A DNA stretch of 64,000 nucleotides, taken from assembly GCA_965219385.1 (NCBI GenBank), contig CBDCNM010000001.1, forward strand, positions 28,976-92,975, given 5' to 3'. The notes beneath the pieces are model-generated. The model ran no database searches and had not been told where the DNA came from. It saw only the letters and a list, made by a program, of their open reading frames with translations. Shown here one piece after another: positions 49,373 through 58,749 of the stretch. How positions within the stretch are numbered: the stretch's first letter is position 1; every line of letters begins with the position of its first letter. Position numbers and translations under genes: made by a program. This DNA comes from Candidatus Latescibacterota bacterium (GTDB taxonomy: Bacteria > Latescibacterota > UBA2968 > UBA8231).

Positions 49373-50677
49373 ATGCCGGCAAAGATCGTTTTAGGCGCTC
49401 AGTGGGGGGACGAGGGCAAGGCCAAGGTCGTGGACTACTTGACCCTCGAGGCCGATATCGTGGTGCGCTACCAGGGCGGGGCCAACGCCGGCCACACCGT
49501 CAAGGTGGGAGATACCACCTTTGTCTTTCACATGATCCCGGCCGGGATCATGCATCCGGGCAAGGCCTGTGTGGTCGGCAACGGGGTGGTGCTGGACCCG
49601 GATGCGCTTATCCACGAGATAGATGAGCTGGCCGAGGAAGGCATTTCCACCGCTGGACGTTTGTTCATCAGCCAGAGCGCCCACCTGGTTTTGCCCTATC
49701 ACAAGGCCCTGGAGAAGGCCAGCGAAAAGAGCCAGGGCAGCATCGCAATCGGCACCACCTTGCGGGGTATCGGGCCCTGTTACCGCGACAAGGTGGAGCG
49801 CACCTATGGCCTGCGGGTCATGGATCTGCTGCACCCGGCCTCTCTGCGCGAAAAATTGCAGGCCGCGATTCGGGCCAAAAACGAGATCCTGACCCGGATT
49901 TACGCTCGGGACCCTCTGCCCGAGCAGGACATCATCGACACCTATACCGGCTACGCGGAACGTCTGAAGGGGTACGTTGCGGATACTTCGGTCCTGCTCA
50001 ACAAGGCCCTGAATGCCCGCAAGATCGTGCTTTTCGAAGGGGCCCAGGGCACCCTGCTGGACATCGACCACGGTACCTATCCCTTTGTCACTTCCTCCAA
50101 TACCACCGCCGGAGGAGCCTGTACCGGCTCGGGGATCGGTCCCACCCGCATCGACGAAGTCATCGGGGTGGCCAAGGCCTATACCACGAGGGTGGGCAAT
50201 GGACCCTTTCCCACGGAACTGCTGGACGAGACCGGCGAGCGCATCCGCAACCTGGGGCACGAGTACGGGGCCACTACGGGCCGGCCGCGGCGTTGCGGCT
50301 GGTTCGACGCGCCGATCCTGCGCCTGTCCTCCCGCATCAATGGGTTGACCAGCATCGCCCTGACGCGCCTGGATGTCCTGGATACCCTGGAGAGCCTGAA
50401 GCTGTGCGTGGGGTACGAATACGGCGACGCAATCCTCGACGAGTTTCCCTCGGACCCCCGGGTCCTGGCCGAGTGCAAGCCGATTTACGAAGAAGTGGAA
50501 GGCTGGTGCTGCTCGACGACCGAGGTGCGTCGCTTCGCCAATCTTCCCGAGAATGCCCGCAGGTACATAGAGCGCATCGCCGCACTCAGTCGCGCCCAGG
50601 TGTCCCTGGTCTCCGTGGGACCGGAGCGCGAGTCCACCATCGATAATATAGAGCAAGGCAGTTATGCTGCTGGCTGA
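49373..50677 (+). CDS. purA: Adenylosuccinate synthase
   Basis: GAQWGDEGKAKVVD, GGANAGHTV, GTTLRGIGPCY. Confidence 0.95.
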   Translation: MPAKIVLGAQWGDEGKAKVVDYLTLEADIVVRYQGGANAGHTVKVGDTTFVFHMIPAGIMHPGKACVVGNGVVLDPDALIHEIDELAEEGISTAGRLFISQSAHLVLPYHKALEKASEKSQGSIAIGTTLRGIGPCYRDKVERTYGLRVMDLLHPASLREKLQAAIRAKNEILTRIYARDPLPEQDIIDTYTGYAERLKGYVADTSVLLNKALNARKIVLFEGAQGTLLDIDHGTYPFVTSSNTTAGGACTGSGIGPTRIDEVIGVAKAYTTRVGNGPFPTELLDETGERIRNLGHEYGATTGRPRRCGWFDAPILRLSSRINGLTSIALTRLDVLDTLESLKLCVGYEYGDAILDEFPSDPRVLAECKPIYEEVEGWCCSTTEVRRFANLPENARRYIERIAALSRAQVSLVSVGPERESTIDNIEQGSYAAG

Positions 50678-51563
50678 AGATCCCGTCGACAAACCCGGCT
50701 GCCTGCGTCGACTCCTCAAGGAGAAGACCGTGGTTATGCCCGGCGTTTTCAACGCTCCGGTGGGCATGCTGGCCGAGCGCCTGGGGTTCGATGCCCTCTA
50801 CATCTCGGGCGCGGGTCTGATCAACGGCACGGCGGGCTACCCGGATATCGGCCTTCTGGGCATGGACGAGGTGGTCCGGGGGGCAGGTTATATCGCCCAG
50901 GCCACTAGGGTGCCGTGCCTGTGCGACGCCGATACCGGGTACGGCGAGGTGCTCCAGGTCATGCGCACCATCCAGGCCTTTGAGCGCGCCGGGGTAGCCG
51001 GGGTGCACCTCGAGGACCAGCAGGCGCCCAAGCGCTGCGGGCACCTGGAGGGCAAGACCTTGATCTCCGCGGTGGAGATGGAGCGCAAGCTGGCCGCGGC
51101 GGTCGAAGCCCGACAGAATCCGGACTTCGTGCTTGTAGCACGGGTAGATGCGCGCGCCGTGGAAGGTTTTGAAAAGAGCGTCGAGCGCGGTCTGCGCTAC
51201 CTGGAGGCCGGGGCGGACGCGATCTTCCCGGAAGCTATGCAGACCGCCGACGAATTCGGTCGTTACGCCGAACAGGTGCAGGCTCCTTTGCTGGCCAATA
51301 TGACCGAGTTCGGCAAGACCCCCTACATCTCGGTGGCGGAGTTTGAGGCCATGGGCTACAGGATGGTGATTTTTCCCATGACCACCTTCAGGGTGATGAT
51401 GAAGGCCGTAGAGGGCGCTCTGCGGGCGATCAAGGACAAGGGCACGCAAAAGGACTACCTGGAACACATGCAGACCCGCAAGGAATTGTACGAGTTATTG
51501 CAATACGACCAGTACGCGAAAGTGGATGCGGAGATTGCCGCGCGTTTCCCAGAGCGGGAGTAG
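50664..51563 (+). CDS. prpB: Methylisocitrate lyase / PEP-mutase superfamily enzyme
   Basis: GVFNAPVGMLAERLGFDALYISGAG, DADTGYG, EDQQAPKRCGHLEGK. Overlaps the purA end by 14 nt. The adjacent citrate-synthase homologue supports the methylcitrate cycle. Confidence 0.75.
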   Translation: MLLAEDPVDKPGCLRRLLKEKTVVMPGVFNAPVGMLAERLGFDALYISGAGLINGTAGYPDIGLLGMDEVVRGAGYIAQATRVPCLCDADTGYGEVLQVMRTIQAFERAGVAGVHLEDQQAPKRCGHLEGKTLISAVEMERKLAAAVEARQNPDFVLVARVDARAVEGFEKSVERGLRYLEAGADAIFPEAMQTADEFGRYAEQVQAPLLANMTEFGKTPYISVAEFEAMGYRMVIFPMTTFRVMMKAVEGALRAIKDKGTQKDYLEHMQTRKELYELLQYDQYAKVDAEIAARFPERE

Positions 51564-51571
51564 AAATAGCC

Positions 51572-52705
51572 ATGGAAAGCAAACCTGAATACAGTCCGGG
51601 ACTGGAAGGGGTCATCGCCGGTGAATCGGCCATTTCGCGCATCGATGTCGAGCGCAACCGACTCATCATTCGGGGCTACGATCTGGTGGAGTTGACCCAA
51701 CAGGTTTCCTACGAGGAAGTCGCCTATCTGCTGCTCCACGACGACCTTCCCAATCGCGGAGAACTCGACCGCTTCAACGGCCAGCTCCGGGTGGCGCGCA
51801 ACCTTCCAGACCAGATCGTGGAGTTGCTGCGCCAGGCGCCCCCTTCAGTGCACCCCATGGCCCTGCTGCGAACCGGGGTTTCGGCCCTGTCGTTCTTCGA
51901 CGAGGAGGCCCAGGACAACAGCCGCCAGGCCAATGTCCGCAAAACCGTCCGCCTGTTGGCCAAGATTCCGCTCCTCATCGCGGCCGGTCACCGCCTGGCC
52001 AGCGGTCGGGAGCCGGTGGAACCGCGTCCAGAGCTGAGCCAGGCCGCTGGCTTGCTCTACATGCTGCGCGGCGTCGAGCCGCCCTCCTACGAGGTCGAGG
52101 CCATGAACGTGTCCCTGATTCTCTACGCCGAGCACGGCTACAATGCCTCGGCCTTTGCCGGCCGAGTCGCGGCCTCCACCTTGAGCGACCTGCACGCGGC
52201 CATCACCGGGGCGATCGGCACCCTGGCCGGTCCCCTGCACGGCGGCGCCAATGAAAAGGCCATGGAGATGTTGCTGGAGATCGGCGGGGCGGAAAAGGCC
52301 GAGCAGTGGGTGCTGGATGCCCTGGGGGAAAAGAAGAAGATCATGGGGTTTGGTCACCGGGAGTACAAGAAGGGGGACTCCCGGGTGGCCTCGATGAAAA
52401 AGTTGGCCCGCCAGGTCGCCGACCGACTGGGCGATACCCGGTGGGTCGAGGCCGCCGATATCGTGGAGGAGACCATGGATCGCGAGAAGGGGATTTTCCC
52501 GAATGTGGACTTTCCCTGTTCGTATACCTACTACATGATGCGGATCCCCATCCCGCTCTACACTCCGATCTTCGTGTCGAGCCGGGTGGCGGGCTGGGCC
52601 GCCCACATCATCGAGCAGCTCGACAACAACCGGCTGATTCGCCCCAATCACATCTATACCGGCTTGGAACAGCTCGAGGTCAAGCCGATGGATGAGCGGG
52701 GGTAA
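51572..52705 (+). CDS. Citrate synthase family protein (probably 2-methylcitrate synthase, given the prpB neighbour)
   Basis: GLEGV.AGES.IS, LYAEHGYNAS, GPLHGGANE, GFGHREYKKGD. Confidence 0.85.
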   Translation: MESKPEYSPGLEGVIAGESAISRIDVERNRLIIRGYDLVELTQQVSYEEVAYLLLHDDLPNRGELDRFNGQLRVARNLPDQIVELLRQAPPSVHPMALLRTGVSALSFFDEEAQDNSRQANVRKTVRLLAKIPLLIAAGHRLASGREPVEPRPELSQAAGLLYMLRGVEPPSYEVEAMNVSLILYAEHGYNASAFAGRVAASTLSDLHAAITGAIGTLAGPLHGGANEKAMEMLLEIGGAEKAEQWVLDALGEKKKIMGFGHREYKKGDSRVASMKKLARQVADRLGDTRWVEAADIVEETMDREKGIFPNVDFPCSYTYYMMRIPIPLYTPIFVSSRVAGWAAHIIEQLDNNRLIRPNHIYTGLEQLEVKPMDERG

Positions 52706-52709
52706 AGGG

Positions 52710-53273
52710 TCATTTGACCCGGTTTTGCAGAAGGTGGGTGCGAACCTGCAGCAAAAACTCCTGCACCTCATCGGTCTGGTAGTCCGGGTAGGTCCACTCG
52801 AAGGGGCGGTAGCGGCCCTTCCTGAAAAGCAGGGTGGTCTCGGCGTAGAGACCCGGGGCGATGCAGATGCGGTGGCCGCTGTACTTGGTGCTGGCCAGGA
52901 CCAGGCTCTCGATGGAGACAAGGCCTGGATCGATATTGGCTTGTCGCAAGATCTTTCCTTGGGCGCGTTCTGCGAGTTCCTTTTCTACTTCCATGGTCTG
53001 ATGTTTGAGGTGGGGCAGGGCGGCCGGGTCTACCTGTTCGTCGAACCAGATGGGTTGTTTGATCAGTTCCGGGCCCATCTCTTCCGTATAATAGGTGGTG
53101 TAATCGAAGGGGAAAATCGGGCCTTGCAGGCGAATGGATCCGAGCCTGGCCGCGAGCTGGTCGCGGGCCCGGGCGAGGATCTCCTGGTCGCGGGCCGTGA
53201 TGGCGCAGATCAGGGCCATGGATTGGGGGGGCTGGATATGGAGGGGCATAATGGAGGTATGCGTATCTTTCAT
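52710..53273 (-). CDS. Conserved hypothetical protein, probably DUF4416 family
   Basis: 187 aa with FPFDYTTYYTEEMG...; the family assignment is from memory only. Confidence 0.5.
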   Translation of the reverse strand: MKDTHTSIMPLHIQPPQSMALICAITARDQEILARARDQLAARLGSIRLQGPIFPFDYTTYYTEEMGPELIKQPIWFDEQVDPAALPHLKHQTMEVEKELAERAQGKILRQANIDPGLVSIESLVLASTKYSGHRICIAPGLYAETTLLFRKGRYRPFEWTYPDYQTDEVQEFLLQVRTHLLQNRVK

Positions 53274-53399
53274 AACGCCTCCTAGTAGTTGACCAGCTAA
53301 ATTGGGCTAGCTGACGGGGTCGGCCTCAAAATCAACGCGGTCGTCTACTAGGCGCAATAGCAAGGTTTTGTTAGAACTTCTAATATAGGAAGGACGGAA

Positions 53400-54116
53400 A
53401 TGGTACACACAGTATCTCGGGAAGTCCTCGACCAATTGTTGATACCCAGCACCGCGACCTTGACCTCGGCATTGAAAAAGCACGGACTAAACAACACCTT
53501 CATGCAAGGGGTCGCACCCTTGGGGCCCAGCATGAAGATGGCCGGACAGGCTTTTACTCTGCGCTATATCCCCGCGCGCGAGGATTTAAATGCAGGTGAG
53601 GTCGACAACCTCAAAGACGTGCAGCGCATCGGCATAGAACAAATCGAAGCAGGCGAGGTGCTGGTGATTGATGCGCGCGGCCATAACGGGGCCGGGACCA
53701 TGGGCGCCATCCTGGCCACCCGTATCCAGGTGCGCGGTTGCGTCGGCATTGTCACCGACGGCGCCTACCGCGATACCCCTGAGATCGTGGGGACCGGCAT
53801 GGCCGCGTACGCCGCGTCCATGAATGCCCACGCCAACAAAACCGTCCACTACCCCAGCGAGATCCAGGTGCCGATTGCCTGCGGTGGGGTAGCGGTCTTC
53901 CCGGGGGATATCATCGTGGGGGACGGCGAGGGCGTGGTGGTGATCCCGGCTCATCTGGCCGCGGAGGTGGCCCGGGACGCGGTGGAGCAGGAGGAGAGAG
54001 AAGCATTTATCCTGGAGAAGATCCGCGCCGGCGCCAGCATCGTCGGCAACTACCCGCCGGATGAAAAGACCCTGGCCGAGTTCGAAGCGTGGAAGAGGAA
54101 CAAAGAGGGGAAGTAA
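53400..54116 (+). CDS. RraA family protein (RNase E regulator-like / 4-hydroxy-4-methyl-2-oxoglutarate aldolase-like)
   Basis: GEVLVIDARG..GAGTMGAILATR...GIVTDGAYRD...GDIIVGDGEGVVVIP. Confidence 0.75.
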   Translation: MVHTVSREVLDQLLIPSTATLTSALKKHGLNNTFMQGVAPLGPSMKMAGQAFTLRYIPAREDLNAGEVDNLKDVQRIGIEQIEAGEVLVIDARGHNGAGTMGAILATRIQVRGCVGIVTDGAYRDTPEIVGTGMAAYAASMNAHANKTVHYPSEIQVPIACGGVAVFPGDIIVGDGEGVVVIPAHLAAEVARDAVEQEEREAFILEKIRAGASIVGNYPPDEKTLAEFEAWKRNKEGK

Positions 54117-54171
54117 ACTCGAATGAATCCTCCCCACAGCAAGCCGCAGAGTATCAGACCCGAGGTATGAA

Positions 54172-55071
54172 TCAAGCCACCAGCATGGCCGCGCCAAAGA
54201 CCCCGGCACTGTCGCCTAGTTTGTATTTGACGATGCGGGTTTCGAGCCGGTCGTTGAAGACGTAGAGCTGGACTTCCCCCACCCCCTCTGTGTACAGCAA
54301 ATCAATATTGCTGACCCCGCCGCCCAGGACGACCACGTGCGGGTCCAGGATGTTGATCACGCCGGCCAGGGCCTTGCCGAAGCAGGAGATCAGGTGCTCC
54401 ATGGTGGCGCGGGCATGGGGGTCGTCGCCCCGGGCGTGGCGCCGGACGATTTCCTGCAGAGAGAGGGCCTGGCCCGACAGCGCGGCGTAGTATTTTTGCA
54501 GGAATGGCCCCGAGAGGAAGGTCTCTACGCACCCCTTGCGGCCGCAGTAGCACTCCGGACCGCCCGGATCGAGAATGTTGTGGCCCCACTCACCGGCAAT
54601 GCCCTGACACCCGTAGAGCGCCCGATTCTGGACCACCACCCCGCCGCCCACCCCGGTTCCCATGATGACCCCGAAAACCGTCTCAGCGCCCTGGGCGGCC
54701 CCCAGCCGGGCTTCGGCCAGGGCAAAGCAATTGGCGTCGTTGGCCAGGGTGAAGGGGATCTTCAGGGTTTTCTCCAGGTCCTGCTGCAGGGGCTGGCCGA
54801 GCAGACAGGCGATGTTGCTGTTTTTGAGGGTCCGGGTGCGGGAGTCCAGGACGCCGGGGGTGCCCATGCCGATGGTTTCGGGGCGGAGGCCGCTTTTCTG
54901 GCTCATCTGCTCGACGAGGAGGCCAATTCGCTCGACGATGTGCTGGTAGCCTTTGTCGGCTTCGGTATTGATGCGAATGCGGCAGAGGGGGGCGGGTGTC
55001 GTGGTCGATTGCAGGATGACGCCTTCGATCTTGGTGCCGCCTAAATCTATGCCCCAGTAGTGCGTGCTCAT
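54172..55071 (-). CDS. ROK family sugar kinase
   Basis: WGIDLGGTKIEG, ANDANCFALAE, GTGVGGGVV, GEWGH...C.CG..GC zinc motif. Confidence 0.85.
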   Translation of the reverse strand: MSTHYWGIDLGGTKIEGVILQSTTTPAPLCRIRINTEADKGYQHIVERIGLLVEQMSQKSGLRPETIGMGTPGVLDSRTRTLKNSNIACLLGQPLQQDLEKTLKIPFTLANDANCFALAEARLGAAQGAETVFGVIMGTGVGGGVVVQNRALYGCQGIAGEWGHNILDPGGPECYCGRKGCVETFLSGPFLQKYYAALSGQALSLQEIVRRHARGDDPHARATMEHLISCFGKALAGVINILDPHVVVLGGGVSNIDLLYTEGVGEVQLYVFNDRLETRIVKYKLGDSAGVFGAAMLVA

Positions 55072-55081
55072 GGTTCGCCTT

Positions 55082-56227
55082 TCATAGCTGTAGCAACAGC
55101 GCGGTCAGAAGGGCGGCTCGTTGCGGCAGGGAATCGATGAGGATGTGCTCGTCTTCCGCATGGGCGCCTCCTCCCGGCGCTCCCAGGCCGTCCAGAGTAG
55201 GTATCCCCAGCGCCGCGGAGAAATTCCCGTCGCTACCGCCCCCGGTCGAGCCTTCCTGGAGGTCCAGCCCGAGCCGGACGCCGATTTCCCGGGCGCGCTC
55301 GAAGAGGGCGCCCGTGGCGGGATTCCGTTCCATGGGGGGACGTTTGAAGCCGCCGTTGACTTCGAGCGCTATGCCGGGGGCTACGGGTTGGACCCCCAGA
55401 ATGGCCTGCTCGAGGCGCTCGGCTTCGGCCGTGGTCCACACCCGCACGTCGATCTCGGCAGTGGCCTGGGCGGCCACCACGTTGGAACGAGTTCCGCCCC
55501 GGACGATACCCACATTGACGGTGCTGCCGGCCGCCGCATCGTTCAAGCCGTGCAGGTAGTGGATCTGATGCGCCAGTTCCTGGATGGCGCTGATGCCTTT
55601 TTCAGGTTCGATGCCGGCGTGGGCGGCCCTTCCTTCGACCTCCATCGCAAAGTAACCCGTGCCCTTGCGGGCGGTTTTGAGGACGCCGCCGGGCAGGGGC
55701 GGTTCCACTACCAGGACGTACTCGGCCTGGCGAGCGTGCTCCTCGACGAGCGGGCGCGCGGTCGGGCTGCCTATTTCTTCATCCGCGACCAGGAGGACCA
55801 CGGCCGGCCGCGGCATTTTCAGATCCAGATCAGCTACCGCCCGCAGCGCGAACTCGGCCAGGACCAGGTTGGCTTTCATATCAAAGATGCCCGGGCCCCG
55901 AGCCTGGCCGTCCTGGATCTCGAAGGGGCGCCGGTCCAGGGTGCCGGCCGGCCATACCGTGTCGAAGTGGCCCAGGATCACAGCCGGCCGGGCCGCGGCA
56001 TTTTCAGACGCCGGGAAAACAGCGCGCAGATGGTCGCCGTGGGTGGGGTTGGGCAGGATGCTCGCCGCGGCACCGGCCTTTGCAAAGCGTCCCTGCAGGT
56101 AGCGAGCCAGTTCGTCCAGCCGGGGTTTTTCCATGCTGGGCGATTCGCGCTCCACCAGTTCCCGGATGGATTCCAGCATGGCCGGACGGTGCTGGAGAAA
56201 ATGATCTTTCAGGGTTGTGGAGTCCAT
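55082..56227 (-). CDS. M20 family metallopeptidase (desuccinylase/carboxypeptidase-type)
   Basis: ILGHFDTVWP, VADEEIGS, HAG..PE.G.SA. Co-oriented 7 nt downstream of the racemase gene. Confidence 0.8.
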   Translation of the reverse strand: MDSTTLKDHFLQHRPAMLESIRELVERESPSMEKPRLDELARYLQGRFAKAGAAASILPNPTHGDHLRAVFPASENAAARPAVILGHFDTVWPAGTLDRRPFEIQDGQARGPGIFDMKANLVLAEFALRAVADLDLKMPRPAVVLLVADEEIGSPTARPLVEEHARQAEYVLVVEPPLPGGVLKTARKGTGYFAMEVEGRAAHAGIEPEKGISAIQELAHQIHYLHGLNDAAAGSTVNVGIVRGGTRSNVVAAQATAEIDVRVWTTAEAERLEQAILGVQPVAPGIALEVNGGFKRPPMERNPATGALFERAREIGVRLGLDLQEGSTGGGSDGNFSAALGIPTLDGLGAPGGGAHAEDEHILIDSLPQRAALLTALLLQL

Positions 56228-56233
56228 GAGCTC

Positions 56234-57337
56234 TCAGGGCAGTGAAAGGGTTCGGATGGTGTGTTGGGCTATGCGCTCCTGGTTGGGTGCGTACCCCAGA
56301 CCTGGAGTGTGCGGCACTGCAATCGCGCCGTCGACGGTCCGGATCGGGGGATCGACCAGGTCCTCGGCATAGTACTTGTCGGAGCCGGATACATCGCCGG
56401 GCATGGTGAAACCGGCAAGGCTCGAAATGGCCACATTGGCGGCGCGCCCGATGCCGTACTCGTGCATGCCGCCGCACCAGACCGAAATCCCGCGGGCATG
56501 GCAAAGATCGTGAACCCGCCTGGCCTCGCGCAGGCCGCCCAGACGGCTGACCTTGATGTTGATAACCCGGCAGCTGCCCAAGTCCAGGGCCTTGCGGGCG
56601 TCCTCGGCGGAGAGGATGCTTTCGTCCAGACAGATGGGGGTCTGGAGTTGGCGCTGGAGTTTGGCGTGGTCGATGATATCGTCGTGGGCCAGGGGTTGTT
56701 CGATCAGCATCAAATCGAAGGCGTCGAGTTGCACCAGGGTGGGCAAATCGGACAGGATATAGGCCGAATTGGCGTCGACCATGATCCGGGTATCCGGGTA
56801 GCGCTCTCGGACCTTGCCGACGACCTCGACGTCCTTGCCGGGTCCAATCTTCAGCTTGATGCGGCGGTAGCCCTCGTCCAGGTACTGGTCAATGAGGCCG
56901 AACAAACGGCCCGTGTCCTCCTCGATCCCCAGGCTGACACCCGAGAGGATTTCGCCGCGGGTGCCGCCCAGGAGCTGGTGCAGGGGTTGGTCCTGGGCCT
57001 GGGCGAGCAGGTCCCAGCAGGCCATCTCAAGTCCGGCTTTGGCAAAATTGTTGCGTTTGACGTTTTGATACGATTTTGCAAATTCGTCGATGGTCTCGAA
57101 GGGTTTGTCCAGGACAGAGGGGACGAGGAAGTCCTTCAGGATGTGCCAGCAGGTTTCCGTGGTTTCTTCGCAGTAGTAGGGGTTGGGGGGGACGGCGCAT
57201 TCTCCCCAGCCGACCAGGCCGTCGGTGTTTACTTGTACGAGGATGTGGTCCAGGTGGTTCCTCTTGCTGGAGCTGGTTACAAACGAGCGGATGAGAGGCA
57301 TCCGCACGATCGAAAGCTCTACGCGGTCTATTTGCAT
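56234..57337 (-). CDS. Enolase-superfamily o-succinylbenzoate synthase / N-acylamino acid racemase homologue
   Basis: From ATG 57337: MQIDRVELSIVRMPL..., GWGEC, KLKIGPG, MVDANSAY, IEQPL, LDES, NIKVSRLGG, WCGGM. Confidence 0.8.
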   Translation of the reverse strand: MQIDRVELSIVRMPLIRSFVTSSSKRNHLDHILVQVNTDGLVGWGECAVPPNPYYCEETTETCWHILKDFLVPSVLDKPFETIDEFAKSYQNVKRNNFAKAGLEMACWDLLAQAQDQPLHQLLGGTRGEILSGVSLGIEEDTGRLFGLIDQYLDEGYRRIKLKIGPGKDVEVVGKVRERYPDTRIMVDANSAYILSDLPTLVQLDAFDLMLIEQPLAHDDIIDHAKLQRQLQTPICLDESILSAEDARKALDLGSCRVINIKVSRLGGLREARRVHDLCHARGISVWCGGMHEYGIGRAANVAISSLAGFTMPGDVSGSDKYYAEDLVDPPIRTVDGAIAVPHTPGLGYAPNQERIAQHTIRTLSLP

Positions 57338-58638
57338 TGTCGTTCCTTTACGGTCTGTTCGGTACGCCCTAGCCTTTCCAGCAGGGCCAGGTCTGCCCTC
57401 TCGGCAATCAGGTATTTTCGCTCTCCGTCTTCGCCGACCCCGGTGATTGCATAGCGGCCCTCTTCGCAACCAAGATAACAACCAAAAAGTTCGTCCGTGG
57501 ATATCCGCCAGCGGGCCGCCCGTTCAGGGTCGTTCTTTTGCAGGGAAGCCCAGTGGGCCGGTATTTCGATGGCCATCTCACGCGGCTCTTCCCCGAGCTG
57601 GGCCTCTGTCCGATTCTCGTCGAAACGCTGGATCGAGGCCCCACCGCGCAGATCCCGGACCACGGGTCCACTCTCAAGCCCCTGGTGCACCCGCTCTGTA
57701 TCGATGAGCCAGGTAATACCCAGCCTGGACGCGGCGGTTTGATTCAGCTGGTTTCTGAAGGGGTAGTAGTCCGGATAAAAGTCAAAGGCCAGGGCTCGCA
57801 AGTGGCCGAAATTCAGCCGGGCATTGGCGTATTGCAACGGATCGACCGTCCAGTGGATGAGACCGATGCCCTCTTGCCGGGCGCTTTCCGCCTGTGCTTT
57901 TTTGAGAGCGGCACCCAGATTGCGGCCCCGGCACGCCGGCAGCACGCCCAGCAGCTGCGACTCCAGGCGGAAAGCGCCCGGGCAGGTGCGGCTCCACGCT
58001 GCGGGGAGATGGGGCCCGTCGAAGCTACAGAAGCCGAAGAGGAAGCCCACGGGATCGCGGCCCAGCCTGGCTATCAGGGAGGTTCCCGGGCGGAAGCTGG
58101 TCGAGTGGATATCGGCCGGGTAGAGGAAATCCGCTTCACTGCCCCAGATGCGTCGCTGCAGCTCGCGGATGGCCAGGGCTTCCCCGGCAGCGGGCCTGTC
58201 TATGGCGGGCTCTTCGCCCTCCTGCGTGGTTTTTGTAGGGTAGGGCTGCTCCGCATGCGGGTCGTAGAACACCACCTTGTCTCCTCCCAACAGATCTTCG
58301 ACTTTGCCCATCAGGTGCTGTGGATCGAGATTCTCACCGGCCTGGTGAAAGCGCAGGGTGAAGGTGCGGGTAGCCTCTTCGAAGGCACGCGGGAACAGGA
58401 AGCCGGCCCCCGCGATATGGCGTTTTTTTTTAAATACCGAGATCCGGCCGCCTATCTTAGGGAAGGTGGTTTTCAGGTAGTGTGGGGGGAAAAGGGTGGG
58501 ATTGTTCGGAGCGCCCAGGAGGGCGCGCAGGTGGTCGACATCCGCGTCCCACGAATCGCTCCGCGGTTCCAGCAAGACTGCTTCTACTTGGGCATCCATT
58601 ATTATCTTGCTATTTCGCACAACGCGCGCCACTTCCAT
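57328..58638 (-). CDS. GNAT-type acyltransferase-like protein (436 aa, multi-domain)
   Basis: LGVLPACRGRNLGAALKKAQ matches the acyl-CoA-binding R/Q-x-x-G-x-G/A motif. Overlaps the racemase start by 10 nt. Confidence 0.55.
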   Translation of the reverse strand: MEVARVVRNSKIIMDAQVEAVLLEPRSDSWDADVDHLRALLGAPNNPTLFPPHYLKTTFPKIGGRISVFKKKRHIAGAGFLFPRAFEEATRTFTLRFHQAGENLDPQHLMGKVEDLLGGDKVVFYDPHAEQPYPTKTTQEGEEPAIDRPAAGEALAIRELQRRIWGSEADFLYPADIHSTSFRPGTSLIARLGRDPVGFLFGFCSFDGPHLPAAWSRTCPGAFRLESQLLGVLPACRGRNLGAALKKAQAESARQEGIGLIHWTVDPLQYANARLNFGHLRALAFDFYPDYYPFRNQLNQTAASRLGITWLIDTERVHQGLESGPVVRDLRGGASIQRFDENRTEAQLGEEPREMAIEIPAHWASLQKNDPERAARWRISTDELFGCYLGCEEGRYAITGVGEDGERKYLIAERADLALLERLGRTEQTVKERQCK

Positions 58639-58749
58639 TTCGTCCTCTGTCGGCAGACGATACAGCTTTTCGCCCCGCCGCTTCCGGTGCGGCCCACAAT
58701 TCCTCCAGATAAGACAATGTAAAGAATGTCGATAATTATAAAAACCTTC

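Noticed and set aside
53282-53351. Imperfect 13-nt inverted repeat (CTAGTAGTTGACC ... GGTCGTCTACTAG) with an inner AGCTA/TAGCT hairpin between the DUF4416-like and RraA genes, considered as a riboswitch or leader.
   Set aside because: No resemblance to any riboswitch class I can recall, no conservation evidence available, and it is plausibly just divergent-promoter DNA.
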